NCBI GenBank assembly: GCA_963619035.1
Contig: CAVEUC010000006.1
Span: forward strand, 1 to 60,141
DNA from: Lachnospiraceae bacterium GAM79
Lineage (GTDB): Bacteria; Bacillota_I; Bacilli_A; RFN20; CAG-826
DNA length: 60,141 nt
Direction: 5' to 3'
In this document: piece after piece, positions 28,386 to 39,110 of the stretch
How positions within the stretch are numbered: position 1 is the first letter of the stretch
Layout of the letters: each line of letters begins with the position of its first letter
Position numbers and translations under genes: made by a program
The notes under the pieces: generated by a model
Seen by the model: the letters and a program-made list of their open reading frames with translations, nothing else
What the model was told of the DNA's origin: nothing
Database searches by the model: none

Positions 28386-31160
28386 ATGCGTTTATTTAAG
28401 ACATTATTACATAGCTGTCTAGTAGATTTTAGAAAAAACATGAAGCAATTTATTGCTATTGTTTTTATTATCGGAATTGCGGTTACTTTATTTACTGGAT
28501 TATCTAGTAATAGTATCGAGTTCGAAAGAAGAGTTAATGATGTTTATTCAGCTAGCAATGGTAATTTAGCTGATATTTGGCTAACTGTTAATGTTGATTA
28601 TGATAGCGATGAAAATGATAGTGACTTAGAAAATATTAAAAAGATTGCTGGAAGTGGAAGTAGTGTTGAAACTAGAACATTAATCCCTGCTACAGTAAGC
28701 GATATCGGAAGCTACGCTTTAGTTTATATTGATAGACCTACAATTAATAAAGAATATGATGCTACATATTATTATGATGAATACGATATTACTAAAGATT
28801 TCTTTTTTGTTGATGAACAATTAGTTAGTAAATACGAATACAATACTAAACAAGATTTTTCAATTGGAGACAAAATGCCTGTAAGTTTTGATTCATCAAC
28901 TTTAAAATCTATTAAAGAAGAATTTGATAATAGTTATCCAGAAATTATTGAAGAAATAATTAAACAAATTCAAGATAGTAAAGACATTTCTTTTAGTAAT
29001 AAAATCATTCTTATTAACTTTATTAACAAAAATAAAGATCTGTTTAAGGAACTTATTAATTCAGCATTTAATAAGGTATTTGCTAATGATAGTGTAAATA
29101 TAGAAATGAAAGTTAATGGAATAATTAAACATCCTGAAAATATACAAAATGGTACATTTAGTGATTGTAATTTTATTTTAAGTGCTAGAACTTTAATAAA
29201 TTCTATTATTGATAAAGTAAGCGATGAATTAAATTTTGATGATTTATATGCATATATTGAAGAATCTTCGATTCCTGATGATCAAAAAACAGAAATATTA
29301 GAAAAATTAAAAGAAAATGAATTGATGTTTAATACTTTAATTTATGTTGAAGCCGAAAGCGCAAAAGATAGTGTAATGAATGATGAAAATAATGAATATG
29401 TTGATATTTTTAAAAGTTTTTATAATCAGTACGTTATTAAACTTAAAGATAAAAATGAAACAGATAATGTTATACAAGAAATTAGAGAATATTACCAAAA
29501 TACATATCCTGAAGATTCTAAAATCATGGCTTTGATGGATGCAGAAAATTATCCTTCAAATGCTGTTATTCAAAACGATATTGTTCAATCAAGGAATTTA
29601 GCATATTGTTTCCCTATTATTTTCTTTGTTGTCGCAATTTTAGTAGTTTTAACAACCATTACGCAAATTATGTTAAAGCAAAGAATTCAAATTGGAACGA
29701 TGAAAGCTATAGGAATTAACAAAAAGACAATCTTATGTTATTACTTATTTTATATGGATTTTATAGGGTTTATTGGTTGCGTATTAGGTCTTATTGTTGG
29801 TCCTTTATTAATTCCTAGAGTAATGAATATTAAATATTCTTTACTATATTCTTTACCTACAATTGGATATTCATTTCCTTTTGTGGCAGGATTTTCTAGT
29901 TTAGCTGCTATCATAATTTTATTTTCTTTAATTACATATTTAATTATAAGAAAAGAATTAAAGTTAGAACCAACAGAGTCGATGAGGCCTAAAGCTCCTT
30001 CGATGAAATTTAAAGAAAAGAAGAGCAATAAAACTGTTAAAAGCGTTAGCTTTATGATGGCTTTAAGAAATATAAGAGTTCATTATTCTAGATCTTTTAT
30101 GGTCATTGTTGGTATTATGGGTTGTACTGGATTATTAATCTCAGGAATGGGTATTGAAGATACAATTAATTACGGAAAAGACTATGATATCGCGTCTTAT
30201 TTAGATTGTGATTATCTTTTAACATATAATAGTGGAACTAAAAAAGACACATTAAAAGAAGAGATTTTAAGTATAGATGGTGTTAAAGAAATAGATGAAT
30301 ATAGTCAAGTTCAAACAACTGTTTCTTTTAACGAAAAGAATGTTGATATGTCTATATTCTACTTTAGTTATTTATCTCCATTTTTTAAATATGATGATTC
30401 TTTAGAAGATGGGCATTGGAATTTAAATTCAGTTGCGTTAAGCGAATCTAAAGCAGATTCTTTAGGATGTAAAGTTGGAGATACAATTAAATTTACATAT
30501 GGAAATAAAAGCTATGAATATGAAGTTTCTTATATTTTCTACGCTTTTTCAAATAATAGTTTATTTATTTATTCAGAAACTCTTCCTGATTTAGTAGAAA
30601 CTTCAACTAAAGCTTGGGTAAATTTAAATAAAGATGATAGTGGTAATTTTAAAGTAGGAGAAAAAGAGATTGAACAAAAATTCTTAGCAATTGATGGTAT
30701 TAGTTCTTTAACTTCAAGAGATGCAAATAATAAACGTATTGAAAGCTATATGAGTAGTATTAAAAGTATGACGAATACTATTAAAATTTTTGCATTATTA
30801 TTAGCTGTTGTTGTTTTAATTAATTTAACTATTTTAAATTTTGAGGAGAGAAAAAGGGATATTGCTACACTTAGAGTTTTGGGTTTTTCTAGATTTGAAA
30901 TTGCTAAATCTTTAATATACGAAGTTATGATATTAACAATCGTTGGTGCTTTAATTGGATTAGCTTTAGGATTCCCATTAGAATATTTGGTTTTAAGTAC
31001 AAATATAACTCCTTTAATATCTTATAAATATACAATTTTTTGGTATACATATATCTTCTCATTCTTATTGAGTGTTTTAACTGCATTTGTTGTTAATATA
31101 TTGATTTCTTATAGAATTAATAAAATCAATATGGCAGAATCTTTAAAATCTATAGAATAA
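28386..31160 (+). CDS. FtsX-family ABC permease (duplicated FtsX modules with large extracytoplasmic regions)
   Basis: 924 aa with two clusters of TM helices typical of YbbP/MacB-like permeases. Starts 2 nt after the ATPase gene. Confidence 0.8.
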   Translation: MRLFKTLLHSCLVDFRKNMKQFIAIVFIIGIAVTLFTGLSSNSIEFERRVNDVYSASNGNLADIWLTVNVDYDSDENDSDLENIKKIAGSGSSVETRTLIPATVSDIGSYALVYIDRPTINKEYDATYYYDEYDITKDFFFVDEQLVSKYEYNTKQDFSIGDKMPVSFDSSTLKSIKEEFDNSYPEIIEEIIKQIQDSKDISFSNKIILINFINKNKDLFKELINSAFNKVFANDSVNIEMKVNGIIKHPENIQNGTFSDCNFILSARTLINSIIDKVSDELNFDDLYAYIEESSIPDDQKTEILEKLKENELMFNTLIYVEAESAKDSVMNDENNEYVDIFKSFYNQYVIKLKDKNETDNVIQEIREYYQNTYPEDSKIMALMDAENYPSNAVIQNDIVQSRNLAYCFPIIFFVVAILVVLTTITQIMLKQRIQIGTMKAIGINKKTILCYYLFYMDFIGFIGCVLGLIVGPLLIPRVMNIKYSLLYSLPTIGYSFPFVAGFSSLAAIIILFSLITYLIIRKELKLEPTESMRPKAPSMKFKEKKSNKTVKSVSFMMALRNIRVHYSRSFMVIVGIMGCTGLLISGMGIEDTINYGKDYDIASYLDCDYLLTYNSGTKKDTLKEEILSIDGVKEIDEYSQVQTTVSFNEKNVDMSIFYFSYLSPFFKYDDSLEDGHWNLNSVALSESKADSLGCKVGDTIKFTYGNKSYEYEVSYIFYAFSNNSLFIYSETLPDLVETSTKAWVNLNKDDSGNFKVGEKEIEQKFLAIDGISSLTSRDANNKRIESYMSSIKSMTNTIKIFALLLAVVVLINLTILNFEERKRDIATLRVLGFSRFEIAKSLIYEVMILTIVGALIGLALGFPLEYLVLSTNITPLISYKYTIFWYTYIFSFLLSVLTAFVVNILISYRINKINMAESLKSIE

Positions 31161-31164
31161 AAAA

Positions 31165-31186
31165 AATTCCTGAATTATCAGGAATT
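31165..31186. terminator. Bidirectional rho-independent terminator between convergent genes
   Basis: Stem aattcctga / tcaggaatt with a 4-nt loop, flanked by an A-run and a T-run. Confidence 0.75.
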
Positions 31187-31196
31187 TTTATTTTAT

Positions 31197-33020
31197 TTAT
31201 TGAAGTTTGTTTTTGGCTTCCCATTTCTTTCTTTCAGCAAGTGGAAGGATTTTCTTTCTCATTCTATATGCGTTTGGTGTGATTTCAACAAGCTCATCAG
31301 AATTGATGTAATCTAAGCAAGCTTCAAGAGTCATTTTTCTAGGACTTTTTAAAACAACTGTTTGGTTTTTATTAGCACTTCTTTGGTTTGTTAAGTTTTT
31401 GGTTTGACAAACGTTAACAGCTAAATCAGTATCGTATTTATTTTCTCCAACAATCATACCTTCATAAATTGGATCAGTTGGAAGAATGAACATAACACCT
31501 CTTTCTTCAACGTGTTCAATTGCGTATGGAGTTGCTGGTCCTGTATCTGTTGAAACTAAAACACCGATTTGTCTTTCACCGATTTTAGAATCGCTAGTGA
31601 CAGGTCTAAATTCTTTGAATGTATGTGCGATGATTCCATAACCTTTAGTCATCGTTAAAAAGTTAGATACAAATCCGATTAAACCTCTTGAAGGTATAAC
31701 GTAATTGATTTTTGTGTTTGTATCATTTGAATCCATATCGATTAATGTAGCATCTCTATTTCCAAGAGAAGTCATGATATCACCAACAAAATCGTTTGGT
31801 ACTTCAATTGATAAATCTTCGTATGGTTCGCATTTAACGCCATCGATTTCTTTAATGATAACTTTAGGTCTACTAACTTCAAGTTCGTATCCTTCTCTTC
31901 TCATGTTTTCAATTAAGATACCAAGGTGTAATTCACCTCTTCCTGAAACTATCCAAGTTTCTGAATTTGGTACTCTATTTACTTTTAAAGATACATCTTT
32001 TTGAACTTCTTTCATTAAACGGTCTTCAATTTGTCTAGCGGTTAATAATTTTCCGTCTTTTCCGCTAAATGGAGAACTGTTAACACCGAATGTCATTTGT
32101 AATGTTGGTTCATCGATATGAAGTTTTGGAAGTGGTTCTACTTTTGAGTTTTCACAGATTGTTTCCCCAACATTTAAATCTGGTAATCCAGCAAAAGCAC
32201 AAATATCTCCTGCAGAACATTCATTAATTTCGACTTTTTTAAGTCCTCTATAACCGATTAATTTTAAAATTTTAAATTGTTTTGTTGTTCCATCTAATCT
32301 AGCACAAGTGACAGTATCATTTATTTTAATGGTACCTCTTTGAATTCTTCCGATTCCCATTCTACCAACATAATCATTGTAATCTAATAAAGCTGCTTGT
32401 AATTGAAGTGGACCTTCAACAGAAACTTGTGGTTCTGGAATGTTATCGACAATTAAATCAAAGATAGGATCCATTCCTTCTTTTTGGTCGCTAGCTAATG
32501 GGCTTAAGCTGCTTGTTCCGTTTAAAGCGCTTGTATATGCAACTTTAAAATCTAAAAAATCATCACTAGCACCTAATTCCATAAATAATTCTAAAACTTC
32601 ATCGACAGCTTTTTGTGGATTTGCGTTAGGTCTATCGACTTTATTGATAATTACGATTGGTTTAACGTGTGCTTCAATAGCTTTCTTTAAGACAAATCTT
32701 GTTTGAGGCATTGTGCCTTCAAATGCGTCGACTAACAATAAACAGCCATCGACCATGTGCATAATACGTTCGACTTCTCCGCCGAAATCTGCGTGCCCTG
32801 GAGTGTCTAAAATATTGATTTTATAGTCTTTATACATGACACTGGTGGTTTTAGCTAAAATCGTAATTCCTCTTTCTCTTTCGATTGGATTTGAGTCCAT
32901 TGAACATTCTTGGATGTTTTCGTTTGTTCTAAATGTTCCTGAATATTTTAAGAGTTGATTGACTAATGTGGTTTTTCCATGATCAACGTGAGCGATAATA
33001 GCAACATTTCTTATATTCAT
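31197..33020 (-). CDS. typA: Translational GTPase TypA/BipA
   Basis: [21 protein letters not shown] and NKVD. 607 aa. RBS taGGAGGtttact. Confidence 0.95.
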   Translation of the reverse strand: MNIRNVAIIAHVDHGKTTLVNQLLKYSGTFRTNENIQECSMDSNPIERERGITILAKTTSVMYKDYKINILDTPGHADFGGEVERIMHMVDGCLLLVDAFEGTMPQTRFVLKKAIEAHVKPIVIINKVDRPNANPQKAVDEVLELFMELGASDDFLDFKVAYTSALNGTSSLSPLASDQKEGMDPIFDLIVDNIPEPQVSVEGPLQLQAALLDYNDYVGRMGIGRIQRGTIKINDTVTCARLDGTTKQFKILKLIGYRGLKKVEINECSAGDICAFAGLPDLNVGETICENSKVEPLPKLHIDEPTLQMTFGVNSSPFSGKDGKLLTARQIEDRLMKEVQKDVSLKVNRVPNSETWIVSGRGELHLGILIENMRREGYELEVSRPKVIIKEIDGVKCEPYEDLSIEVPNDFVGDIMTSLGNRDATLIDMDSNDTNTKINYVIPSRGLIGFVSNFLTMTKGYGIIAHTFKEFRPVTSDSKIGERQIGVLVSTDTGPATPYAIEHVEERGVMFILPTDPIYEGMIVGENKYDTDLAVNVCQTKNLTNQRSANKNQTVVLKSPRKMTLEACLDYINSDELVEITPNAYRMRKKILPLAERKKWEAKNKLQ

Positions 33021-33146
33021 AGTAAACCTCCTAAATAACTTTAAAAATATATCATAAATAAGGTTAAATATAAATATATTTATATTTTTAAATGGTAAAT
33101 ATATTGAAAATCGATATAATTTTTAAGAAAAATCGTTAAAATTTTA

Positions 33147-33175
33147 TTGATATTAATGTATAAATATTTTATTAT
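33147..33175 (+). promoter_or_regulatory. Candidate promoter of tRNA-Lys (TTGATA-17 nt-TATTAT)
   Basis: -35 at 33147-33152 and -10 at 33170-33175, about 13 nt before the tRNA 5' end. Confidence 0.45.
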
Positions 33176-33188
33176 TAATAGGCTATTT

Positions 33189-33264
33189 GGTCCGCTAGCT
33201 CAGTTGGTAGAGCAACTGACTCTTAATCAGTGGGTCCGGAGTTCGAGTCTCCGGCGGATCACCA
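33189..33264 (+). tRNA. tRNA-Lys (anticodon CUU)
   Basis: Acceptor ggtccgc/gcggatc, D loop agctcagttggtagagc, anticodon arm actga-CTCTTAA-tcagt, T arm ccgga-gttcgag-tccgg, encoded CCA. Confidence 0.95.
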
Positions 33265-33279
33265 AGGTAAATGAAACTT

Positions 33280-33323
33280 CCCTGAAATTTTGACTGAATT
33301 AAGTTAAAATTAGGGATTTTTTT
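33280..33323 (+). terminator. Probable terminator after tRNA-Lys
   Basis: Interrupted stem ccct(ga)aattttgac / gttaaaattaggg, followed by T7. Confidence 0.55.
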
Positions 33324-33371
33324 ATTTTAAGTTAAATAATTTTTTTGCACAACCTAGGCTTTATGCTAGAT

Positions 33372-33551
33372 TTATGGACAACCTAAATCGTTATAATCGG
33401 GAAGTTTACAATCTTCATAAATTTTTTTAGCAGCCTCTTTAATTTTTTCTAAGCTCATCCCATTAGATAATCTTTCTTTATAGTTATCAGATACAGTATT
33501 AAAATTTTCTTCATATTTGTTTATATCAAATTTATCATCAGTAATACTCAT
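33372..33551 (-). CDS. Possible 59-aa ORF (MSITDDKFDINKYEENFNTVSDNYKERLSNGMSLEKIKEAAKKIYEDCKLPDYNDLGCP)
   Basis: Translated by hand from the minus strand. It is below the ORF-track cutoff, has no clear RBS, and lies in the 454-bp gap beside tRNA-Lys. Confidence 0.2.
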   Translation of the reverse strand: MSITDDKFDINKYEENFNTVSDNYKERLSNGMSLEKIKEAAKKIYEDCKLPDYNDLGCP

Positions 33552-33718
33552 TAAGTTTTTATAACTAATTTTAGTAAACTAAGCTAAATTATTGAATGTT
33601 ACTATTTTCTGTTTTTTTATTAAAAATAAATTTAAATATTCGTACTAAGTATAAATAAAATTTCATTTAATTGAGAAGTTTTTTGTTTTTGACTAAAATA
33701 ATTATTGAGGTATTTAAT

Positions 33719-34255
33719 ATGGAGTTAAAAGAAGTAAAAGTTGATAGTAAAGAAATTTTTAAAGGTAAAATATTAAATTTATATGTAGATCATGTAAAGT
33801 GTCCTAATGGCAATATTGCAACAAGAGAAGTTATTAGACATTGTAAAGCTAGTTGCGTTATTGCTCAATTAGACAATGGAAATTTTTTAATTGAAAAACA
33901 ATATAGATATCCTTATGATGATGTTATTATTGAATTTCCTGCAGGAAAAGCTGATGAAAACGAAAATTGTGAAGTCACAGCATTAAGAGAATTAGAAGAA
34001 GAAACTGGATATAAAGCTAATAATATTCAATTGCTCGGAGAGTTTTATCCAAGTTGTGCTTATACTGATGAAAAAATATATTTATATTACGCAAGTAAAT
34101 TAGTTAAAACCAAACAACATTTAGATGAAAATGAAGCATTAAATATTTCAGAAGTAACTTATGAAGAATTAAAGAATTTATTTTTAGAGGGTAAGATTAA
34201 AGACGGAAAAACTCAAGCTGCATTTTTATATTACGAACTAAAGGTAAAACATTAA
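33719..34255 (+). CDS. NUDIX hydrolase, ADP-ribose pyrophosphatase-like
   Basis: Nudix box GKADENENCEVTALRELEEETGY. Start moved to MELKEVKV (RBS ttGAGGtatttaat). Confidence 0.8.
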   Translation: MELKEVKVDSKEIFKGKILNLYVDHVKCPNGNIATREVIRHCKASCVIAQLDNGNFLIEKQYRYPYDDVIIEFPAGKADENENCEVTALRELEEETGYKANNIQLLGEFYPSCAYTDEKIYLYYASKLVKTKQHLDENEALNISEVTYEELKNLFLEGKIKDGKTQAAFLYYELKVKH

Positions 34256-34731
34256 TGGGTTTATTTTCTTTATTTAGAAAAAAGAGTTTAAAAGAAAAAG
34301 CTTCTAATAAAATATATGATTCTATATTTACAAAAGAATATATGTTTTATGAATTAGAACTAAATAATAAATTAATTGATAGTTTATTAATTTGTTCTTA
34401 TGGTATTTTTATTTTTAAGATTATTGCTACGAATTCTTATGTAAATATAAATGGTAATACTATCAAAATAGAATCTAGTAAAAACGAATATGATATTAAT
34501 GATATTTTAAATGAATTAGATAAGGATTCCGTAGAGATTTTTAAAATTATTGATAATAAAATTAATATAGAAAAAAGGATAATCATCACTTCAAAAAACG
34601 ATTATGAATTAAAAGATTTTAATATAGAATCTTTTATAAGTTTAATAGATAAAAGAGAAAAAATAATAACTAACGAAGAGATAGAAACTATTTATTCATT
34701 ATTATTACCATTTAAGAAGCATGAATTTTAA
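34255..34731 (+). CDS. Hypothetical protein, weakly NERD-like
   Basis: The segment YELELNNKLIDSLLICSYGIFIFKI resembles the NERD core, but the acidic residue before K seems to be missing. Start overlaps the upstream stop (TAATG). Confidence 0.4.
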   Translation: MGLFSLFRKKSLKEKASNKIYDSIFTKEYMFYELELNNKLIDSLLICSYGIFIFKIIATNSYVNINGNTIKIESSKNEYDINDILNELDKDSVEIFKIIDNKINIEKRIIITSKNDYELKDFNIESFISLIDKREKIITNEEIETIYSLLLPFKKHEF

Positions 34732-34751
34732 AAAGAAGATATAATTAACAT

Positions 34752-35597
34752 ATGGAAAATTTTGTAGAGGTAAAAAATATTGTTAAAAAATATAAAGGAT
34801 TTACATTAGATAATGTATCTTTTTCTATTCCATATAATTCTATTGTTGGTTTTATAGGTGGAAATGGAAGTGGTAAATCTACAACAATGAAAGCTATATT
34901 AAATTTAATAAATCTTGATAGTGGTGAAATAGATATTTTTGTTAAATTTTATAAAGAATTAACGAAAGATGAAAGAGAAAGAATCGGTGTAGTTTTAGAT
35001 GAAATTTGTTTACCTGAAAAAATAAAGATTTCTAATTTAGATAAAATATTTAAAGGAATATTTAAAAGATGGGATTCTAAATCATTTTTTGAATATTTAA
35101 CTAAATTTAATATCAATTCAAATTTAACTACTAAAGAACTTTCTAAAGGTATGAAAGTAAAATTAAATTTAGCCATAGCTTTTTCTAGAAATGCTGAACT
35201 TTTAATTCTTGATGAGCCTGTAAATGGTTTGGATCCGATGAGTAGAGATGAAATTGATGATATATTAATTAATTTTGTTCACCAAAAGAAAAATAGTATT
35301 TTTATATCTAGTCATATTATTAATGAATTAGAAAAAATTTGTGATTATATTGTTTTTATTAATGATGGGAAAATAATGTTCAACGAAAAAAAGAGTGAGC
35401 TTTTAGATATGTTTTTACTATTATCAGTTAAAAAAGAAGACTTTGGTAATATAGAAAAAAATAAGATAATTAGGTATAAAGAATTATATAGTAAATATTT
35501 AATTTTAATTAAAAATGATGGAATTAAATACGAAAATATGGTTGATATTACATTAGAAGATATTATGGTAATGTTTACTAGAGGTAAAACGATATGA
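34752..35597 (+). CDS. ABC transporter ATP-binding protein (ABC-2 type)
   Basis: GGNGSGKST, signature LSKGMKVK and Walker B LLILDEP. Confidence 0.85.
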   Translation: MENFVEVKNIVKKYKGFTLDNVSFSIPYNSIVGFIGGNGSGKSTTMKAILNLINLDSGEIDIFVKFYKELTKDERERIGVVLDEICLPEKIKISNLDKIFKGIFKRWDSKSFFEYLTKFNINSNLTTKELSKGMKVKLNLAIAFSRNAELLILDEPVNGLDPMSRDEIDDILINFVHQKKNSIFISSHIINELEKICDYIVFINDGKIMFNEKKSELLDMFLLLSVKKEDFGNIEKNKIIRYKELYSKYLILIKNDGIKYENMVDITLEDIMVMFTRGKTI

Positions 35598-36319
35598 AGG
35601 GATTATTATTAAAAGAATTTTATAATCTTAAATACTATTGTTTAATATACTATTTAGTAGATATTTTTGTATTCTTCATATATTTATTTGCTACATTTTA
35701 TGGATTGAATAATCTAGGTGGAAGAAGTGGCTCTATGAGTTTAACAGAATCTATGGGTTTTCTTTTTAATAATAGCGTTGCTAGTGTTACTTATTTATTA
35801 TTCTTTAGTTCTTTTTTAATGAATGTAAGTTATGAAATAGATGAGAAAAATAATGTTACTAAATTTTTAATTGGAACAGGTGTATCTAAAAAAGATATAG
35901 TTACATCAAAACTTATTGTTGGGTTTGCAGCTTACGGTCTTCCATTTTTACTTTTAATTGTTATAAGTTTTTCTCCGCTTTTTGTCAGTAATTTATCTTC
36001 TTATTATGGTATAGAAAAAATTATTAGCACATTTTTAATTTTCTTAGGATCTTGCTTATTAAATATTGGTGTATCTTTATCCATCAGTTCATATTTAGAC
36101 TTTGTAAAAGCTAGATTAGTATCTACATTTGTCACTTTAATTATTATTGCTATAGAAGTTTTGATGTATGCTTTTGCTATATTTTATGATAGTCCAGCTT
36201 TAGATTTGCCCAAATTTGCTGTTTATATTTTTAGTGGTATTTATTTTTTAATTGTGAGTTTGATTTCAATTATTTTATATATAGCAAGTATAAACCAATA
36301 CGAAAAGAAAGAATTTTAA
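35594..36319 (+). CDS. ABC-2 type permease
   Basis: Polytopic membrane protein coupled to the ATPase gene by an ATGA overlap. Confidence 0.6.
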   Translation: MKGLLLKEFYNLKYYCLIYYLVDIFVFFIYLFATFYGLNNLGGRSGSMSLTESMGFLFNNSVASVTYLLFFSSFLMNVSYEIDEKNNVTKFLIGTGVSKKDIVTSKLIVGFAAYGLPFLLLIVISFSPLFVSNLSSYYGIEKIISTFLIFLGSCLLNIGVSLSISSYLDFVKARLVSTFVTLIIIAIEVLMYAFAIFYDSPALDLPKFAVYIFSGIYFLIVSLISIILYIASINQYEKKEF

Positions 36320-36367
36320 GGCTGTATCTCTTTAAATAGATATATAAATTGTTTATAATTTATTATT

Positions 36368-37810
36368 ATGAGACAAAGTGGAATATTATGTGCTTTATCA
36401 AGTTTACCAAGTGAATATGGTATCGGTTCATTTGGAAAAGAAGCATACGAATTTATTGATTTATTAAAACAATCCGGTATCAAAATTTGGCAATTATTAC
36501 CTTTAAATCCAACTGGTTTTGGTAATTCTCCATACCAATCTTCATCAGGAAAAGCGATTGATCCTATTTACGTTTCTTTAGATGATTTATATGAAAAAGG
36601 ATTGATATCTAAACCTAAGAAGTTTGATAGAGATACTACTTCAATTGATTATGATAAGTGTAAAAAGATAAAAGAAAATTATTTAAAGAAAGCGTTTAAA
36701 AAACAAAAAGATACTGAAACTGAAGAATTTAAAAAATTCTTGAGTGAAAATAGCTGGTGTGTAGCTTACGCTCAATTTAACGCTTTAACACAAAAGAACA
36801 AGGGAAAACCTTGGTATGAGTGGTCTAAAGAAGAAAAGTTAGCTTTTTATAATGGTTATAATTTTAAAAAGTATGAGGATGTTGTTTTATATTATGAATG
36901 GGTTCAATTCGTTCTTTATAATGAATTTTTTGAATTAGTTGAATATGCAAATAAAAATGGAATTAGTTTCATGGGTGACATTCCATTTTATGTTGGTGAT
37001 AATAGCAGTGATGTTTGGGCTAGCCAAGACGACTTTTTATTAGAAGAAGATGGTAAACCTTCATTTATTGCTGGATGTCCACCAGATTTCTTTTCAGCAA
37101 CTGGTCAAAGATGGGGAAATCCTATTTATGATTGGGAATTTATGAAAAGTGATAATTTCAGTTTTTGGATTAATAGAATTAAATTCGCTTCTAAATTATT
37201 CTCTTTTGTAAGAGTCGATCACTTTAGAGCTTTTGATACTTATTATTCAATTCCTTCATATTGTCCTACAGCAGAAATTGGTGAATGGAAATATGCTTAT
37301 GGTGATGAAATATTTTCAATGCTTAAAGAAATGAATTTAAAATCAGAGATAGTTGCTGAAGATTTAGGAGATTTATTCCCATCAGTTTTAGAATTGAGAG
37401 ATAAATATAACCTTAAAGGAATGAATATTATAGAATTTAACATTTTAAATCCTCAATTTGTAGAAACTGAAAATCAAATTATTTATACAGGTACTCATGA
37501 CAATGAAACTATTGTTGGTTGGTATAAAAATTTAACACCTGAACAAAAAGAACAAATTAAGATTGTTTTAAGAATGAAAGGAATTAAATGTAAAAAAACT
37601 AATGAGAAGTTCATTGAATTTGCATTTAAATCAAAAGCAGAATATGCAATTATTCCTATTCAAGATTTCTTAGGATTAAATAATAGTGCAAGGATGAATA
37701 CTCCAGGTACATTATCAAATAAAAACTGGACTTGGAAATTAAAAGATTATTCAAGTTTTAAAAAAGTTATTCCATATATCAATTCTATTGTTAAAAAATA
37801 TTCTAGATAG
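36368..37810 (+). CDS. malQ: 4-alpha-glucanotransferase (amylomaltase)
   Basis: N-terminus GILCALSSLPSEYGIGSFG, plus DHFRAF and GTHDN motifs. Confidence 0.9.
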   Translation: MRQSGILCALSSLPSEYGIGSFGKEAYEFIDLLKQSGIKIWQLLPLNPTGFGNSPYQSSSGKAIDPIYVSLDDLYEKGLISKPKKFDRDTTSIDYDKCKKIKENYLKKAFKKQKDTETEEFKKFLSENSWCVAYAQFNALTQKNKGKPWYEWSKEEKLAFYNGYNFKKYEDVVLYYEWVQFVLYNEFFELVEYANKNGISFMGDIPFYVGDNSSDVWASQDDFLLEEDGKPSFIAGCPPDFFSATGQRWGNPIYDWEFMKSDNFSFWINRIKFASKLFSFVRVDHFRAFDTYYSIPSYCPTAEIGEWKYAYGDEIFSMLKEMNLKSEIVAEDLGDLFPSVLELRDKYNLKGMNIIEFNILNPQFVETENQIIYTGTHDNETIVGWYKNLTPEQKEQIKIVLRMKGIKCKKTNEKFIEFAFKSKAEYAIIPIQDFLGLNNSARMNTPGTLSNKNWTWKLKDYSSFKKVIPYINSIVKKYSR

Positions 37811-37812
37811 TT

Positions 37813-39102
37813 ATGATTAAAGTTTGTCTTGTTTCTTTAGGTTGCGTTAAAAATTTAGTCGATAGTGAAGCGATATTGGCTCTTTTTAGAAATGGAGAGT
37901 TTATTATTTCTAATAATCCTAAAGATAGTGATGTAATTATTATAAATACATGTGGATTTATTTTAGATGCTAAGATGGAAGGTATTAGAACCATTTTAGA
38001 TATGCTTAAATATGGTAAAAAGGTTGTTGTTATTGGTTGCTTAGTTGAAAGGTATTATGACGAATTAAAAGAAGAAATTCCTGAAGTTGATTTATGGGTA
38101 AAATTCTCTGATGAATATCAAAATCTCCCTGAAAAGATAGCTAAATTATTAAATTTAGATATTAAGTTACCTGAACTTAATTTTTCTAATAGAGTGCTTT
38201 CAACTAATTCATACACTGCTTATTTAAAAATAAGTGAAGGTTGTGATAATTTTTGTTCATTTTGTTCTATTCCATATATTAGAGGAAGATTTATTAGTTA
38301 TCCTTTAAATGAACTTATTGAATATACTAAAAAAATAGTAGCACAAGGTGTTAAAGAAATAGTTGTGATTGGTCAAGATCCTACTAGTTATGGTAAGGAT
38401 TTAAAAGATGGTTCAAATCTAGTTACATTACTTAAGGAATTAGATAAGATTGAAGGATTAGAATTTATTAGATGTTTATATCTTTATCCTGATGGAATTA
38501 GTGATGAATTATTGGAATTATATAAAAATTCACCTAAATTCCCGCATTATTTTGATATACCTATTCAACATGTTTCAGATAGAATACTTAAGAAAATGAA
38601 TCGTAAACATAATAAACAAGATATTATTGATATCTATAATAAAATTAAAACTACAATGCCAGATTCTATTTTAAGAACAACATTAATTGTAGGTTTTCCT
38701 AATGAGACAGAAGATGATTTTAATGAATTGAAAGAATTTATTAATGAATATCCTTTTAATCATCTTGGTGTATTTACTTATTCTAAAGAAGAAGGAACAG
38801 TCGCTTATAAAATGAGTGGACAAATAGATGAAGATATCAAAAACGAAAGAAAAGATGAGATAATGAAGCTTCAAAGTGATATATCTTATAAATTAAATAA
38901 AGATTTAGTAGGTATGGAATATAAAGGATTAGTAGTTGGAAAAGATAAAAACGAATATCTTGTTAGAAGCGCATTTAATTCACCTGATGATATCGATGGA
39001 AACATATATTTAAAAACTAATAAAGAACATCTTTTAGGAGATACCGTTAATTTTAAAATCACACACGCATTCGTGTATGATTTATATGCTGAAGAGATTT
39101 AA
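37813..39102 (+). CDS. rimO: Ribosomal protein S12 methylthiotransferase
   Basis: N-terminal VSLGCVKNLVDSE, radical SAM motif CDNFCSFCSIPYIRG and a C-terminal TRAM-like region. ~430 aa. Confidence 0.8.
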   Translation: MIKVCLVSLGCVKNLVDSEAILALFRNGEFIISNNPKDSDVIIINTCGFILDAKMEGIRTILDMLKYGKKVVVIGCLVERYYDELKEEIPEVDLWVKFSDEYQNLPEKIAKLLNLDIKLPELNFSNRVLSTNSYTAYLKISEGCDNFCSFCSIPYIRGRFISYPLNELIEYTKKIVAQGVKEIVVIGQDPTSYGKDLKDGSNLVTLLKELDKIEGLEFIRCLYLYPDGISDELLELYKNSPKFPHYFDIPIQHVSDRILKKMNRKHNKQDIIDIYNKIKTTMPDSILRTTLIVGFPNETEDDFNELKEFINEYPFNHLGVFTYSKEEGTVAYKMSGQIDEDIKNERKDEIMKLQSDISYKLNKDLVGMEYKGLVVGKDKNEYLVRSAFNSPDDIDGNIYLKTNKEHLLGDTVNFKITHAFVYDLYAEEI

Positions 39103-39110
39103 TAATAATT

